NCBI RefSeq assembly: GCF_001194135.2
Contig: NC_068981.1
Coordinates: 164,016,453-164,080,452 of the forward strand
Length of the DNA stretch: 64,000 nt
Source: Octopus bimaculoides
Taxonomy: Eukaryota
Direction of reading: 5' to 3'
Shown: positions 62,716 through 64,000 of the stretch, one piece after another
Position numbering within the stretch: the stretch's first letter is position 1
How the letters are laid out: every line of letters starts with the position of its first letter
The notes under the pieces: model-generated
Databases searched by the model: none
Seen by the model: only the letters and a program-made list of their open reading frames with translations
What the model was told of the DNA's origin: nothing
Translations under genes and position numbers: made by a program

Positions 62716-63503
62716 CAGGCTCCTTCGATTGTTCATTTCCAAGGGTGTTAGTGACACAAGTTATGTGAATCGGCTTCGTCTGGAAACTCAAACCGTGTAA
62801 AAGCCACAAATCTTATCTTCTGTGTTTCACACATGAAATTCTTAGATGATAATATTATCCAGTTTATAACAATGTGAACTGGGTCTTTGGCACAACCAGA
62901 ATTTAAAAAACTGGGCTTCACGTTTTGTATGATCCGAGTTAATGTTTAGAAATTGTAGAGTTTTATGAATTTCGCCTGTTTGACTAGGCACAAAAGCCAA
63001 TATTTTTTGTGGGAGGGAGTGGTCAGACTAAAATATGACGTTTATGGGTTTTTTAAGTTTATCAAAAACGTTAGCGAAATGAGGAGAATGTCCGAAAATC
63101 CAAAGAGAATCAACTGTAACGAATGAATTAATATGACATTTGGGGGTGAAGCAATGTGGTGTGACTAGCTGCAGCTGTGAATCGAAGCCAAATGACATTC
63201 GGTTGGCCACGAAGTCACCACTCAATCCAAGATGCTATACATAATCTGTTTTATAAAAGAAAAACTGTAATAGCTGCAAAAGCACAAATCAACGGGTTGT
63301 TAACGATCAGCTGAAGTGACAAGTACACAAGTATTGATGTTTCTGTGTCCAAGACACTTAATACGAACAGGTCAATCTTCTTAGCTTTAAATTAGAACCA
63401 TGTAGGTAAACACAGCTCTAAATTTCAATGGAAAATTATCCGTTCGCTGTTAATGAATTCGGATCGATCGTAGCATTGGTGTAACTTCAGAGGTGTATCT
63501 AGG

Positions 63504-63688
63504 CAGTGCTCCGCAACCAGTTTTCACTTGTGGTACACTTATATTCTTTTCAAAATTCAGTGGCACACCTGAACTAAAAATATAACTAAAAGTATAGGGG
63601 GAAAATTATATTCAGGTTACACTGCGGCACACCTAGTATCGTCTCGTGACACACCAATGTGCCGCAGCATACCGGTTACGGAGCACTG
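63504..63688. mobile_element. hAT (Charlie-like) MITE
   Basis: 15-bp TIRs CAGTGCTCCGCAACC / GGTTACGGAGCACTG (1 mismatch); flanks TATCTAGG and ATCTAGAC share ATCTAG, close to the Charlie target consensus NTCTAGAN. Confidence 0.8.
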
Positions 63689-64000
63689 ATCTAGACCACT
63701 AGTTATCAAACAATCTACTACAGAATATCAGAAATACGATTCAAAGTGATACAAAATCGACATTAATGTTTGGAGAGTTTTAAAAATATGTGATATTCAT
63801 AATTTTCACACATTTATCAAGGATTTTCTTAAGAAACATCGATATAGTTGAATGGACTACAAGTGATCTACCAGACGATAAGTTTACTGCAAGCAGAGTG
63901 AGGGAAAATGGAAGTTAAGGACCAATTTCCTCTCTCACTCTATATTTAGTAATCTTACATTGTCTTTCTAGATTTTATTTACACAACAGTTAGAAATGTC

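Overview
Eukaryotic, AT-rich, repeat-dense window from a gapped draft assembly (17 N-runs, roughly 6.8 kb in total). The SINE repertoire matches my recollection of octopus DNA (probably Octopus bimaculoides); this is recognition, not a database result. I can identify no intact protein-coding gene. The long ORF-track entries are microsatellite or N-gap artefacts, and only a few unassigned candidate exons exist, so the window looks intronic or intergenic. Recognisable content: at least four tRNA-headed SINE families plus a further dispersed repeat; decayed LINEs of four clades (RTE, Tx1/L1, R4/Dong-like with restriction-like endonuclease, CRE); two Tc1 copies, one showing DD36E spacing; pogo/Tigger-like and hAT-Charlie-like MITEs; and many microsatellites. 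The most unusual feature is a roughly 570-bp head-to-head palindrome at 9363-9938. It consists of two copies of a tRNA-headed SINE whose 3' part carries a Penelope-type minimal hammerhead ribozyme motif, and both copies are damaged. A second, unrelated hammerhead-like fold lies at 17928-17963.
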